61,581 bases of DNA from Gemmatimonadota bacterium (GCA_037382905.1 JARRPL010000002.1:1-61581); one strand, 5' to 3'; positions 32,443-42,703 are shown, counted from the first letter of the stretch. Numbers and translations: made by a program. The notes: generated by a model not told the origin, from the letters alone.

Positions 32443-33774
32443 ATGAACAACCTGCGCCGCGCCGTCGTCCTCTCCACCCTGCCTCTCCTCCTGCTGGTCG
32501 GCTGCGGTCCCGCCGACGGCGGAAGCACGCCGGAGACGGAATCCGAGGCCTCCCTGGTCGAACGGGCCCGAGGCATCCACGAGCGGGTCATCACCCTGGA
32601 CACCCACGACGACATCAACCCCGCCAACTTCACGGCGGAGCGCAACTACACCCAGGATCTGGAGACCCAGGTCAACCTGCCCAAGATGGAGGCCGGCGGG
32701 CTGGACGTGGCCTGGTTCGTGGTCTATGTGGGCCAGGGGGAGCTGACCGACGCCGGCTTCGCCGACGCCTACGACCAGGCCGTGGCGAAGTTCGACGCCA
32801 TCCATCGCCTCACCGAGGAGATCGCGCCGGAGCGGATCGAGCTGGCCCTCACCTCGGACGACGTTCGGAGAATCGTGGGCGAGGGGAAGCTGGCGGCGAT
32901 GATCGGTGTCGAGAACGGATACCCCGTGGGCACCGACGCTTCCCGGGTGCGGGAGTTCCAGGAGAGGGGCGCCCGATACATGTCCCTGGCCCACAACGGC
33001 CATTCCCAGCTCTCCGACTCCAACACCGGCGAGCGGGATGACGTGTGGCTCCACGGCGGTCTCAGCGAACTGGGCCGCGAGGTGGTGGCCGAGATGAACC
33101 GCTGGGGCGTCATGATCGACGTGTCCCACCCCTCGAAGGAGGCGATCATGGAGATGATCGAGCTCTCCCGAGCCCCCGTCATCGCCTCGCACTCCTCGGC
33201 TCGGGCGCTGAACGACGTGTCCCGCAACCTGGACGACGAGCAGCTCGCCGCCATTGCGGCCAACGGCGGCGTCGTGCAGACCGTGGCCTTCCGCAGCTAC
33301 CTGGATTCGGAGAAGAACGCGGCTCATCAGGATGCCCGGAGCGCCCTGGAGGCGGAGATCGCCGAAGAGATGGGTGTGGAGCTCGTGGATCGCCGTACCC
33401 TCTACGGGATGGGAGACGACGAGCGGGACGCCTACATGGCCGCCTACGCTCCGGTCCAGGAGGCCGTAGAGGCCCGGATGGACGAGGTGAACGCCACGGC
33501 GCCTCCCGTGGACGTGGCGGACTTCGTCGACCACATCGACTACCTCGTGGAGACCATGGGGTTGGAGCACGTCGGGATCAGCTCCGACTTCGACGGAGGT
33601 GGAGGCGTCGCCGGATGGGAGGACGCGTCCGAGACCTTCAATGTCACGTTGGAGCTGGTGCGCCGCGGCTATACCGAGGAGGAGATCGGCATGCTCTGGA
33701 GCGGAAACCTGCTCCGGGTCCTGGACGAGGTTCAGGCCATGGCCCGGGAACTCCAGGGGGAGACCCAGGACTGA
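32443..33774 (+). CDS. Membrane dipeptidase (peptidase M19), lipoprotein
   Basis: Lipobox LVGC, LDTHDD, IDVSH, IASHS, RNLDD, SDFDGGG. Confidence 0.92.
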   Translation: MNNLRRAVVLSTLPLLLLVGCGPADGGSTPETESEASLVERARGIHERVITLDTHDDINPANFTAERNYTQDLETQVNLPKMEAGGLDVAWFVVYVGQGELTDAGFADAYDQAVAKFDAIHRLTEEIAPERIELALTSDDVRRIVGEGKLAAMIGVENGYPVGTDASRVREFQERGARYMSLAHNGHSQLSDSNTGERDDVWLHGGLSELGREVVAEMNRWGVMIDVSHPSKEAIMEMIELSRAPVIASHSSARALNDVSRNLDDEQLAAIAANGGVVQTVAFRSYLDSEKNAAHQDARSALEAEIAEEMGVELVDRRTLYGMGDDERDAYMAAYAPVQEAVEARMDEVNATAPPVDVADFVDHIDYLVETMGLEHVGISSDFDGGGGVAGWEDASETFNVTLELVRRGYTEEEIGMLWSGNLLRVLDEVQAMARELQGETQD

Positions 33775-33825
33775 AGGCCCCTGCGAGGGCCCGCCTGGGG
33801 AAGGGCCGGCTCGTTCCGTCGGACG

Positions 33826-36750
33826 TCAACGGCCCGCCACCGACCCCAGCACCCGGTTCAGGAAGGTGTTGATCGCCGGAATGCGGACCTCGTCCGGCGG
33901 CATGTGGCCGGCACCCTCGGCAAGGACCAGCTCCTTGGGCTCCGACAGGAGCTCCCAGAGGGGCTGCGCCCGGGAAAGCCAGGGGTGCTCCTCGTCGTTG
34001 GTCCCGTTGATCATCAGCGTGGGGACGTCCAGGTAGGGGGCGAAGTTCACGTTGTCCGCCTCGGGAAGAGTGGGTTTGACACGCTCGTCGATCCCGGCCC
34101 CCACGAGCACCGCCGCCCGGTAGCGGTCCTCCACAGCCGCAAAGGCCAGGCGGGACCCGGCCCCCCAGCTCGTGGCCACGTACGCGAAGCCCTCCGGGTC
34201 GACGTCGGGACGGGACGAGGCGTAGTCCATCCCCAGCCGGAGCTCGGTCGCGTGACGCACCATCAGGTCCCGGAATCCCACCGAGGGCGGGGCCGGTTCC
34301 ACCGTACCCGGAGGGAAGGGCCGTTCGAGCATACCCTTCATCACCACCGCCAGCGCCGCCCGGCCTGCCTGGATCGACGGGCCGATGGTCCACTCCGCGT
34401 CCTCGGGTACGGTCTCGGAGAAGAAGACGCTGGAGCCAGGGACGAAGACCATGGTCTGGTAGGGCGGCTCCACCGATCGGGGCGCCCAGAAGTAGAGGAG
34501 CACCGAGTCCCCCTCGGGACCATCGATCCAGATCCGCTCCCGGACCCAGGCGTCCGTCTCCTGGACGTCGGAGGTCCGCGGCCGCGGCGGCACCGGATCG
34601 TACCGGTAGAACTCGAGCAGCGTCTCGAAGGTCGCCCGGTCCACCGGCTCGTACTCCGGCGGGCGGACGTCCAGGTCGATGGGCCACCCCCCCTGATCCC
34701 CGGACCCGGTGGAGGACGCACAGCGGAAGCCCAGACCCGGAGACGTGTAACCCGGCTCCCGGGATGCGTACTCCGTGTACAGATAGGACGGCCCCTGCCA
34801 GGAACCTCCCGTGACGGCGTGCCCTTCGCCGTACCGGTTCAGGGTCCACTCCGAGACGTTGCCCGCCATCCCGTAGGCACCGAAGACACTGATGCCGAAG
34901 GGAAAGGAATCGACGGGCACCGGACCGTCGCTGTTGAAGTTGGCCCGACGTACCCCACCCCCCGTGGTGGACTGGATTCCCCAGGGCATGGCCACGCCGG
35001 CGAGAGCCGTGATTCCGGCCCTGGCCGTCTTCTCCCACTCGAAGACGGTAGGCAGCCTGGCACCCGCATGCAGGCAGTAGGCCTGCGCCTCCCACCAGGT
35101 GACGCCGGTGACCGGCAGTCGCCCCGCGTTCTCAGGGAAGCGGCCCCGGGACCATCCCCGGGGGCCCGGGAGGCCGGTGCGGTCCACCAGTTCGCGGCGG
35201 ACTCCGGAAGGCGCGTCGATCCACCATCCGTCTTCGTCGTATCCGCCGTCGGAAACGAAGGCCTGGAAGTCCTCGTTGGTGACCTCGAAGCGGTCCATGA
35301 AGAACGGTTCCAGGGGTGCCGAAAGGGTGGTGGGTGCGTCCGGACTCGAGAGCAGGTAGTCGCCGCCGGGAACCGGAACCATCCCTTCCGGCACCGCCGA
35401 GGCAGGCACAAGGGTGAAGTCCAGCTCGGCCACCTCCATGTCCATCGGCGCGAACTCACGGACCAGCGCCGTGGACAGGACCATCTCCACCGGGTGGAAG
35501 CCGTCGAGGGTCATCGTCATGCGGTGATCCGCCCGGGGCACACGAAGTCGGTCGATGGGCGTGGTGCCGACGGACACCGGCTCCACCCCTCCACCCGTCC
35601 CCGGCTCGAACCGCTGGAGGACGACCTCCGCCCCCGGGGGGTCCGAGTCGATCCGGTAGGTGTCGGCGGTACGCCTCAAGAGGCTGGCCAGCGTCGAATC
35701 CTCCGGGATCCATCGTTCCGCCGAGACGGCGCGCTCGTACGCCTCCGGGAACCGCCCCGCGTCGGCCAGCGCCGCCACCTCCTGCAGGGAGGCCCGAGCC
35801 CCGGCCTTCTGGACCGCACGCCACCCCGTCCAGCCGGCGCCGGCGACGACGGCGGCCAGAAGCGCCACCAGCAGCGGACGTGAGCGGCGGGGTGCATTCC
35901 CGGCGGCCGTCTCCGGCATCCGGAGGGCCTCGGCGAAGTCGGCCGCGGAGGCGAAACGGTCCTCCGGGTTCTTCTCCAGCGCCCGAGCCACCGCACGGCT
36001 CACCCTCTCCGGTACCTCCGGTCGCAGGACCGAGACGGCGGGTGGACGCTCCGTCAGGACCCTGGCCAGCACCGCCTGGAGCGTCCCCCCACCGAAGGGC
36101 CGGGCTCCCGTGAGCATCTCGAAGGCGAGGCAGCCCAGGGCGTACACGTCGCAACGGGCATCGACGGCATGTCCCGGCTCGATCTGTTCCGGACTCATGT
36201 ACCACGGGGTGCCCACGGAGACACCGGTGGCGGTGCGGCGCTCGCCGTCTGCGTCGGAGAGGGCCAGGGCTACGCCGAAGTCCGCCACCAGCGCCTCGCC
36301 ATCGCTCAGGAGCACGTTCGCCGGCTTGATGTCCCGATGGATGAACCCCCGCCCGTGGGCGTGGGTCAGCGCCGTGGCGACATCCCCGAGAATCCCGAGG
36401 GCGTCGGCGACGGGAAGCCGGCCCTCCCGATCCAGTCGATCCCGCAGGGACTCCCCCGCCACGTAGGGCATCACGTAGAAGGGCCGGCCATCCGCCACCC
36501 CGGAGTCGAAGAGGGGGAGGATATGAGGATTCTGGAGATTCGCGGTGGTCCGGATCTCCGCCAGGAACCGATCCACCCCCACGAGAGCGGCCAGTTCGCC
36601 TCTCAGGACCTTGAGAGCCACCGCACGGTCGTGCTTGAGGTCCGTGGCCAGGTAGACCTCGGCGGTCCCCCCCTCTCCCAGCCCACCGTCGATCCGGTAT
36701 CGGTCCGCCAGGGCCGAGACGAGCCCCGGCGACGGACGGGGAGGTCTCAT
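33826..36750 (-). CDS. Ser/Thr kinase - TM - PEGA-like - FGE/SUMF1 - alpha/beta-hydrolase fusion
   Basis: Kinase GEGG, HRDIKPAN, DFG, YMSPEQ; TM helix; SDPPGA..GTTP; FEVTN, RLPTVFEWE, MAGNVSEW, LGFRC; hydrolase TSWGA, NGTND, GH. Confidence 0.88.
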   Translation of the reverse strand: MRPPRPSPGLVSALADRYRIDGGLGEGGTAEVYLATDLKHDRAVALKVLRGELAALVGVDRFLAEIRTTANLQNPHILPLFDSGVADGRPFYVMPYVAGESLRDRLDREGRLPVADALGILGDVATALTHAHGRGFIHRDIKPANVLLSDGEALVADFGVALALSDADGERRTATGVSVGTPWYMSPEQIEPGHAVDARCDVYALGCLAFEMLTGARPFGGGTLQAVLARVLTERPPAVSVLRPEVPERVSRAVARALEKNPEDRFASAADFAEALRMPETAAGNAPRRSRPLLVALLAAVVAGAGWTGWRAVQKAGARASLQEVAALADAGRFPEAYERAVSAERWIPEDSTLASLLRRTADTYRIDSDPPGAEVVLQRFEPGTGGGVEPVSVGTTPIDRLRVPRADHRMTMTLDGFHPVEMVLSTALVREFAPMDMEVAELDFTLVPASAVPEGMVPVPGGDYLLSSPDAPTTLSAPLEPFFMDRFEVTNEDFQAFVSDGGYDEDGWWIDAPSGVRRELVDRTGLPGPRGWSRGRFPENAGRLPVTGVTWWEAQAYCLHAGARLPTVFEWEKTARAGITALAGVAMPWGIQSTTGGGVRRANFNSDGPVPVDSFPFGISVFGAYGMAGNVSEWTLNRYGEGHAVTGGSWQGPSYLYTEYASREPGYTSPGLGFRCASSTGSGDQGGWPIDLDVRPPEYEPVDRATFETLLEFYRYDPVPPRPRTSDVQETDAWVRERIWIDGPEGDSVLLYFWAPRSVEPPYQTMVFVPGSSVFFSETVPEDAEWTIGPSIQAGRAALAVVMKGMLERPFPPGTVEPAPPSVGFRDLMVRHATELRLGMDYASSRPDVDPEGFAYVATSWGAGSRLAFAAVEDRYRAAVLVGAGIDERVKPTLPEADNVNFAPYLDVPTLMINGTNDEEHPWLSRAQPLWELLSEPKELVLAEGAGHMPPDEVRIPAINTFLNRVLGSVAGR

Positions 36751-36991
36751 CCTCCGTATACCAGCGGCCGTTGTATTCCCGGCTCTGGATATCGATGGAG
36801 GCGGTGAGGGTCTCCCCCTCCTTCACCGCGAACTCATCGATCTTGTCGCCCCAGTGGACGAGGCAGACCTGCTTCGGGTACTGACCGGGCGTCTCGAGGA
36901 CGAACTCCCTCTTGCGCCAGGGGCCGTTGCGGCCCTCCCCGGTCTGTTCTTCGAGGACCTGGATGACTTTGCCGGTGATCTGGAGATCCAT
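36751..36991 (-). pseudogene. DUF3127-family (OB-fold-like) gene truncated at its 3' end
   Basis: MDLQITGKVIQVL..GPWRKREFVLET..YPKQV..WGDKID..SREYNGRWYTE, after which it runs with no nearby stop into an off-frame of the kinase gene. Confidence 0.75.
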
Positions 36992-37066
36992 GGTTGTCCG
37001 CTGCGCGCTTCTGGGATGGAGGACGGATACGAAGCCGGAGAGCGTTCACGCGGGAGGCGGATACCC

Positions 37067-37267
37067 GTCCGGGCCTCAACGGTGGTGCGGCCTCACGACG
37101 GACGCAATGGGGACGGGCACAGCCGCGGGCGCAGCCGTGCCGCGCGACCGCGGAGCACACCTGAGGCGGAACGTGTTCGGTCGGTGGGAGCCGGCCGGTC
37201 CTCCCCGTGGCTTGCCAGCGTCCAGGTGCCGCACCACCCTGGTCGAGTCCGTGGGAGCGTCCCGGAC
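37067..37267. other. ~200-nt nested inverted-repeat element (candidate structured ncRNA or MITE-like element)
   Basis: Co-linear stems 37067-73/37261-67, 37075-80/37242-47, 37081-91/37228-38 (11 bp perfect), 37100-05/37218-23 and 37107-13/37202-08 enclose two hairpins (37116-41, 37145-83). Confidence 0.45.
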
Positions 37268-37424
37268 CGGGAGCCGATGGGCTCCAGGTTGGCAGCAGGT
37301 CGAGCCCTCCCCTTTCCTCGCCCCCTCACCCGGCGGAATCATCCACCCATCCGATCCCTCGGGAGAGTTCCCACCCTCCCCGACTCGACGTCTGGCCGGC
37401 TTCGTGGCATCTCACCTTCTGGGG

Positions 37425-38012
37425 ATGGTGGCCTACGCCACACTGAGCCCCGTGATCGTCGGATACACCCTCCTGGTCCTGGCCGTCTTCGCGTTCGGGT
37501 TGCTGGGCGGTGGCCTCACGGAGGACGGCTCGCTGGTTCAGAACGCCGTCCTGGCGGCCCTGGCCGTGGGCGACGGGGCCTGGGTGGAGTGGGTGTGGCG
37601 CCGGGAGCTCTCCTTCGAGGAGAACGCCCTCCGACTCTTCGGGGGTGTGGGGCTCCTGCTCTGGGTCGGTGACCTGGTCCTCTCCACCGTCCGGAGGGGA
37701 GGGAAAGAGACGCCGGCCCCCGCGTTCCTGGAGGCCTTCAAGGGCCTGTTCGTCCGTCTGGGACTCTTCACCCTGGGCCTGTGCACGGTTCTCCTGGTCT
37801 CCGTGCTGGTCGTTCAGGCCCGGGAGGTTGGGCTCACGATGGGCTGGGGTGTCCGGGCGGCGGCCACGGCGTACGCCATGGGCCTGGCCATCTTTCTCTT
37901 CTCCATACCGGCTCTCGTCGCCTGGTTCGTCATGGACCGGGCCCGTGGACCCCTGGCCCGTGCCATCGTCACCGGGTCCTTCGCCCCCTCCGACAGCGCC
38001 GGCGGGGCCTGA
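37425..38012 (+). CDS. Hypothetical integral membrane protein (start uncertain)
   Basis: Four to five hydrophobic segments; GC3-rich codon pattern. Confidence 0.65.
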   Translation: MVAYATLSPVIVGYTLLVLAVFAFGLLGGGLTEDGSLVQNAVLAALAVGDGAWVEWVWRRELSFEENALRLFGGVGLLLWVGDLVLSTVRRGGKETPAPAFLEAFKGLFVRLGLFTLGLCTVLLVSVLVVQAREVGLTMGWGVRAAATAYAMGLAIFLFSIPALVAWFVMDRARGPLARAIVTGSFAPSDSAGGA

Positions 38013-38048
38013 GCTCTCAAGGGACCGGCCCCCCGGTCCTTCCCGGCG

Positions 38049-38732
38049 TCAACCCGGCAGGTCCATGGCGTCCAGCACCTCGGCGGTCTCCCTGTGCACG
38101 TACATCTGGAGCCCCACCGCCACCAGTCCCGCGTCCCGGAACACCCGGCGATACCACTCCGGGGGCCGGAGGTGGAACCCCTCCCGGTCGCCGAGCGCCG
38201 GATCGTCCGAGGTGAAGACCTCGATGACCGCCGCACCCCCCACCAGATCGGCCAGGGTGTCGATCCCCTGAAGGATCTCGACATCCGGGAGGTAGTGGAG
38301 GACATCAGCGCATACCACCAGGTCGAAGGGGTCCTCGAAGGCGTGGAGCTCCAGCTCTCCGAACGACCCGGTGGTAACGTTCCGGGATCCGCCGAACCGC
38401 TCCACCGCATACCCGCAGGGGTCGATCCCCAGGTAGGAGGCCCCGGGGCGAAGCCGGTGGAGCACAGGCTGCCAGCGGCCCTCTCCGCAGCCCACGTCCA
38501 GTACCGAGTCCAGGGGTCGGTCCAGGATGGACTCCGCGACAGCCACCGCCAGAGCCACGTGACGCGCCAGGACCTCGGCGCCCCGGGGAGCTTCCCGACC
38601 CCGGTACCATCGATCGAAATACCGCTCGTCGTAGGCCTTTCCACCGGCCCGCCGGCCCGGACCCACGCTAGCGGCCCGTCGAGTTCGAGTCGGTCGGGAC
38701 CAACACGCCGGGAGCGGGTCGGAACGGGTCAT
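38049..38732 (-). CDS. Class I SAM-dependent methyltransferase (true start may be further downstream)
   Basis: YDERYFDRWY, VLDVGCGEG, GIDP, FDLVVCADVLHY. Confidence 0.85.
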   Translation of the reverse strand: MTRSDPLPACWSRPTRTRRAASVGPGRRAGGKAYDERYFDRWYRGREAPRGAEVLARHVALAVAVAESILDRPLDSVLDVGCGEGRWQPVLHRLRPGASYLGIDPCGYAVERFGGSRNVTTGSFGELELHAFEDPFDLVVCADVLHYLPDVEILQGIDTLADLVGGAAVIEVFTSDDPALGDREGFHLRPPEWYRRVFRDAGLVAVGLQMYVHRETAEVLDAMDLPG

Positions 38733-38774
38733 GCCAAGGCCGCCACGGTCCGGAACAGCAGGCGGGGACCGGGA

Positions 38775-41600
38775 TCAGAAGTCGACCCAGTAGTTCAGCT
38801 TGACGATGAACACGTTGTCCGCGGGCACGTCCCACAAACCACTCCAGTCCCGCTGGAAATCGAAGTCTCCCACGCCCGCCGAGGCCCGCTGCTGACGCTG
38901 CCAGACCAGGAAGAGGGTCGATCCCGGGCGATATTCCCACCGGAGCACCGCGTTCCCCACCAGCGAACGGACGTTGAAATCCCGATCCGAGAACGAGAAA
39001 TCCGCCGTTCCGTCGCCGTCGAAGTCCACGAACTGGTCCCCGTCCACCCTGCAGATGGTCCCCCCGGCGCAGGTGACGTCGTCGCCCTCCTGGGAGGCCT
39101 CTCCGGGCTCGAAGTCGATGAAGTCGAAGGTCTTCGACTGCTCCAGCTGGCGGTAGCGCACATAGTCGCCGCTGGAGAGGAAGGGCTGGGCGAAGAGCTG
39201 AAAGGTGAGGGTGGGGCTGAAGCTCACGTCCACGCGGGTCTCCATGGAGAGACTGCGCCGTTCCAGCTCTGCGAACAGGTAGCGATTGCCGTAGGTGGGG
39301 GCGTAGGGCACTTCGTCCGCGACGGTGACGTACTGAGACGCCGTGTTCTCCTGCGACCACCGGGGCTCCAGCCCGATCTCCATGTTGGGGGTCGGTCGGA
39401 TCTCCACCCCCCCGCCAATGCTGAACTCGTCGCCCGAGCCATCGAAGCCCGACCTTCGATTGACGTTGAGGCGGAAATTCAGGGGCTTGCGGCGATCCGA
39501 ATTCATCCCGGCGCTGACTCGCCAGCTCCCGGGATCCAGCATGATGGGGCCTCCCCGGGTCAGGGTGCGGCTGTAGTTGTCCGGGCTGTAGGAGAGATCG
39601 ACGTTGGCTCCCCAGTTGTTGAGAAACTCGCCACGGGAGTTGAGGTTGAAGCTCCCGGAGGTATGCGCCTCCTTCCACGAGGTCCAGGAGCCCACGTCGT
39701 CCAGCGCTTCGTGGCTCCAGTTGTGGAAGGTGAAGAAGCTGATGTTGTAATTCTGGAAGAGGCTTCCGGGTTGGATCTCCCGGTATCCCACCCGGAAACC
39801 GCCGTCCAGGCGTTCCCGGTTCTGGGAGAACCCCAGGTCGTTGATCTCGAATCCGTCAGTCAGCTGCGCCGCCCAGACGGCCCACGTCCAGTGCTCGCCC
39901 CGCCGCTTCTCGAACTGCAGCCTCCACTCGAGCCCGCTCATGGAGGTGGCGGTGGAGTCCACCGACTGCCGAGTGGCGTCCGGCCGCTGAAAGAAATGCC
40001 GACTGCTTCGCTGGAGTCGGGTGATGGCGGTGGAATCGCCCTGCACCAGGGATCCCGCGAAGAAGCCTTCCAGGGCCCAGGTCCGTTCCCCCCACTGGTG
40101 TTCGAAGTCCAACCCCGCGGTGAAGGCCGAGCTCGGAAGGAAGTCGAAGCTCCCGTCCGAGGGGAGGCTCCGGTCGATGGCGGTGACGATCCCCCCGAAG
40201 TTGGACGCCCCGTCATTGAAGTCCTGCTGCAGCCGCAGGACCCCGAACTGGGTCCGGGGCTCGACGGTGTAGCGGACCGTTCCCTCCTCCTCCCCCAGGA
40301 AGGCCCGCCCTTTCTCCTCCTGGGTCAGGGCGGCCATCCCGCCCACCGACAGTCCGCTCTCCGTACGACCGGTGATCTTGGCGGCCCCCAGGATGGTGGC
40401 GGCGCTGGGGACGTCCTCGAACAGCGTCCCGTCGGGTGCGCCACCCTGGGGGGAGCGTCCGATGCGACGGGAATAGAACAGGTCGTTCTGTCGCCCGGAG
40501 AGCCCGAAGTTCAGAAGGTTCGCGTCCTGCACGAAGAAGGGCCGACGCTCCTGGAAGAAGACCTCGAAGGCCGACAGGTTGATCACCGCCGGGTCCGCCT
40601 CCACCTGTCCGAAGTCGGGATTGATGGTGGCGTCCAGCGTGAAGGCGCTCCCGAGCCCGAACCGCAGATCGGTCCCGAAGCGGGCCTCCGCCTGCTGGCC
40701 GTCGAAGAAGGGATCCCCCGGTTCGGCAGGGCCCTGATGGAGGCTGCTCAGGACATACGGGCGCGCCTCGATACGTCGCGACGTCGAGGTGATGCGCACG
40801 TCCTCGAGCTGCCCGAACTGACTCACCCTCCCCTGTCGAAGACGGGAGATCAGGGTCCAGTAGCTGGTCTCGTTGTTCGCCTGCCGACGCCGGGAGAAGT
40901 TCACGCCCCACGTCTGGGGAGCCGAAGACGAGGAGTAACGGATCTGGGAGTAGGGGATGCGCAGCTCCGCCGTCCACCCCTTCTCGTCGATCTGGACCGC
41001 CGAGCTCCAGACCGCATCCCACGCCTCGTCGCTGCGCTCGTCGTTGAAGAGATATTCGTCTCGCTGGACGCCGGAGGCACTCACCTGGAACTCGTAGCCG
41101 GTGCGACGATCCTGGTTGGGATCCAGCGCCACCGCGAACCAATCGAAATTCCCGCGACCGTCCCGCCGGACCAGCTGCGTGGCGATCTGGTCGGGGTCGT
41201 CCCACATCCGGGCGGCCAGGTAGATGGCGTCGTCACCGAAGATCAACCGCACCTCGGTGTCGTACTCCGCCGGGATGCCCTCGGTGGGCTGGCCCTGAAC
41301 GAATCCGGTCAGGACCCTGGCGTCTTCCCACGACGGTTCGTCGATCCGGCCGTCCACCGCCACCTCCACATCCGCCAGCACCGCCGAAGCGGTCCGGACG
41401 ATCGGTGCGCCCCCCTCACCCACGCCCCGGCCGCCACCCGACGAAGCCTCCTGGGCCGCCGCCGGCAGGGAGACGAGCGAGGCCAGGAGGAACGTCTGTA
41501 CCCGGGTCCCGGACAGGCGCCTGGATCCGGATACGTCGGAGGGTGATGGAGTCTGGACAGGCATCGTTTCGAAGGGATCTGTGGGCAGAGCCGCCGTCAT
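38775..41600 (-). CDS. CBM9-like + DUF5916 outer-membrane protein
   Basis: Signal-like segment, VDGRIDE..W, WDAVW, GWTAELRIP, TINPDFGQVEAD, ERRPFF, FYSRRIG, aromatic C-terminus KLNYWVDF. Confidence 0.85.
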   Translation of the reverse strand: MTAALPTDPFETMPVQTPSPSDVSGSRRLSGTRVQTFLLASLVSLPAAAQEASSGGGRGVGEGGAPIVRTASAVLADVEVAVDGRIDEPSWEDARVLTGFVQGQPTEGIPAEYDTEVRLIFGDDAIYLAARMWDDPDQIATQLVRRDGRGNFDWFAVALDPNQDRRTGYEFQVSASGVQRDEYLFNDERSDEAWDAVWSSAVQIDEKGWTAELRIPYSQIRYSSSSAPQTWGVNFSRRRQANNETSYWTLISRLRQGRVSQFGQLEDVRITSTSRRIEARPYVLSSLHQGPAEPGDPFFDGQQAEARFGTDLRFGLGSAFTLDATINPDFGQVEADPAVINLSAFEVFFQERRPFFVQDANLLNFGLSGRQNDLFYSRRIGRSPQGGAPDGTLFEDVPSAATILGAAKITGRTESGLSVGGMAALTQEEKGRAFLGEEEGTVRYTVEPRTQFGVLRLQQDFNDGASNFGGIVTAIDRSLPSDGSFDFLPSSAFTAGLDFEHQWGERTWALEGFFAGSLVQGDSTAITRLQRSSRHFFQRPDATRQSVDSTATSMSGLEWRLQFEKRRGEHWTWAVWAAQLTDGFEINDLGFSQNRERLDGGFRVGYREIQPGSLFQNYNISFFTFHNWSHEALDDVGSWTSWKEAHTSGSFNLNSRGEFLNNWGANVDLSYSPDNYSRTLTRGGPIMLDPGSWRVSAGMNSDRRKPLNFRLNVNRRSGFDGSGDEFSIGGGVEIRPTPNMEIGLEPRWSQENTASQYVTVADEVPYAPTYGNRYLFAELERRSLSMETRVDVSFSPTLTFQLFAQPFLSSGDYVRYRQLEQSKTFDFIDFEPGEASQEGDDVTCAGGTICRVDGDQFVDFDGDGTADFSFSDRDFNVRSLVGNAVLRWEYRPGSTLFLVWQRQQRASAGVGDFDFQRDWSGLWDVPADNVFIVKLNYWVDF

Positions 41601-42583
41601 CGGCGGGCCTCCGCCGAGGGATGAAGCGGGGCCGGGGCGCGAGCCAGCGCGGTGAGGTCGATCTGCGCGGCCATCGGGTGCACCCGCTCAAGAGAGACAC
41701 TCCGTTCCTCGAGAACGTTAAGGAGAGCCTCCCCGATGGCCTCGGGCAGGTCGTCCCGGGCCACGATCCAGTTCATCATGGCGAGGGTCGGAATCGCCTC
41801 GGCGACGCCTGGGTACACCCCAGGCGGAATCTGTGCCATCTCGTAGTAGGGGTGGGCGTCGACGATGGACTCCATCTCCTCGACGCTCAACGCCAGGATC
41901 CGTGCCGAACCGCCGGTGGTGGCCTCCAGCACCGCAGCCGCCGGGTACCCCACCGAGAGGATGGCGGCGTCCAGTGCCCCGTCTGCCAGGGCGGCCGCAG
42001 ACTCGGCGAAGGAGAGGTATTCCTCGTCCACCTGGTCGTAGTCCAGTCCGAGACTCTCGAGAATCTCCCGGGACGTCTGTTCGGTTCCCGAGCCCGCGGA
42101 GCCGACGGCGACTCGAGCGCCCCGAAGGTCGGCCATGGATCGGATCCCGGAACCCTCCCGGACCAGCACATGGATCAGGTTGGGGTACATGGGCGCCACG
42201 ACCCGCAAGCGCCGGCCGGGCTCGCCGGTCTGCGCCTCGTGGTACGTGCGGTAGGCGGTGACCGAGAGAGCGAAGCCCAGGTCCACCTGACCCTGAAGGA
42301 TCCGGTTCACGTTCTCCACCGATCCCCCCGTGACCTCGGCCGTGTACTGCCGGGTGGAGTCCGCCAGCGAGAGCTCGTTGGCCAGGGCCCCCCCAAGGGG
42401 ATAGTAGACCCCCCCGGTCCCTCCGGTGCCGATGCTGCGGAACTCCCGGCCCCCCTCGCCGCCGCAGGCCAGGGACGCACCCAGCGCCAGTGTGGCGACG
42501 ACGGCCACCGAACGACGGCGGCAGGGGGACGGGAGGTCGTGAGAGACGGTGCGGCGCTCTGGCGGAGGGGAGTTCGTCGGCAC
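41597..42583 (-). CDS. TAXI-family TRAP solute receptor, lipoprotein (start uncertain)
   Basis: Lipobox SLAC, IGTGGTGGVYY, TGGSVEN, GSAGSGT, PLHP. Confidence 0.9.
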   Translation of the reverse strand: MPTNSPPPERRTVSHDLPSPCRRRSVAVVATLALGASLACGGEGGREFRSIGTGGTGGVYYPLGGALANELSLADSTRQYTAEVTGGSVENVNRILQGQVDLGFALSVTAYRTYHEAQTGEPGRRLRVVAPMYPNLIHVLVREGSGIRSMADLRGARVAVGSAGSGTEQTSREILESLGLDYDQVDEEYLSFAESAAALADGALDAAILSVGYPAAAVLEATTGGSARILALSVEEMESIVDAHPYYEMAQIPPGVYPGVAEAIPTLAMMNWIVARDDLPEAIGEALLNVLEERSVSLERVHPMAAQIDLTALARAPAPLHPSAEARR

Positions 42584-42703
42584 GGCGGAGTCGGGCGACG
42601 TGAGGTGGCAGTCCGGGGTCAGCCTCTCAAGATAAACAAATGGCGGCCCGGTTCCCACGATATCGCCGTTCCCGCCGCCGTGACCGCGACAGGATGGCCC
42701 TCG

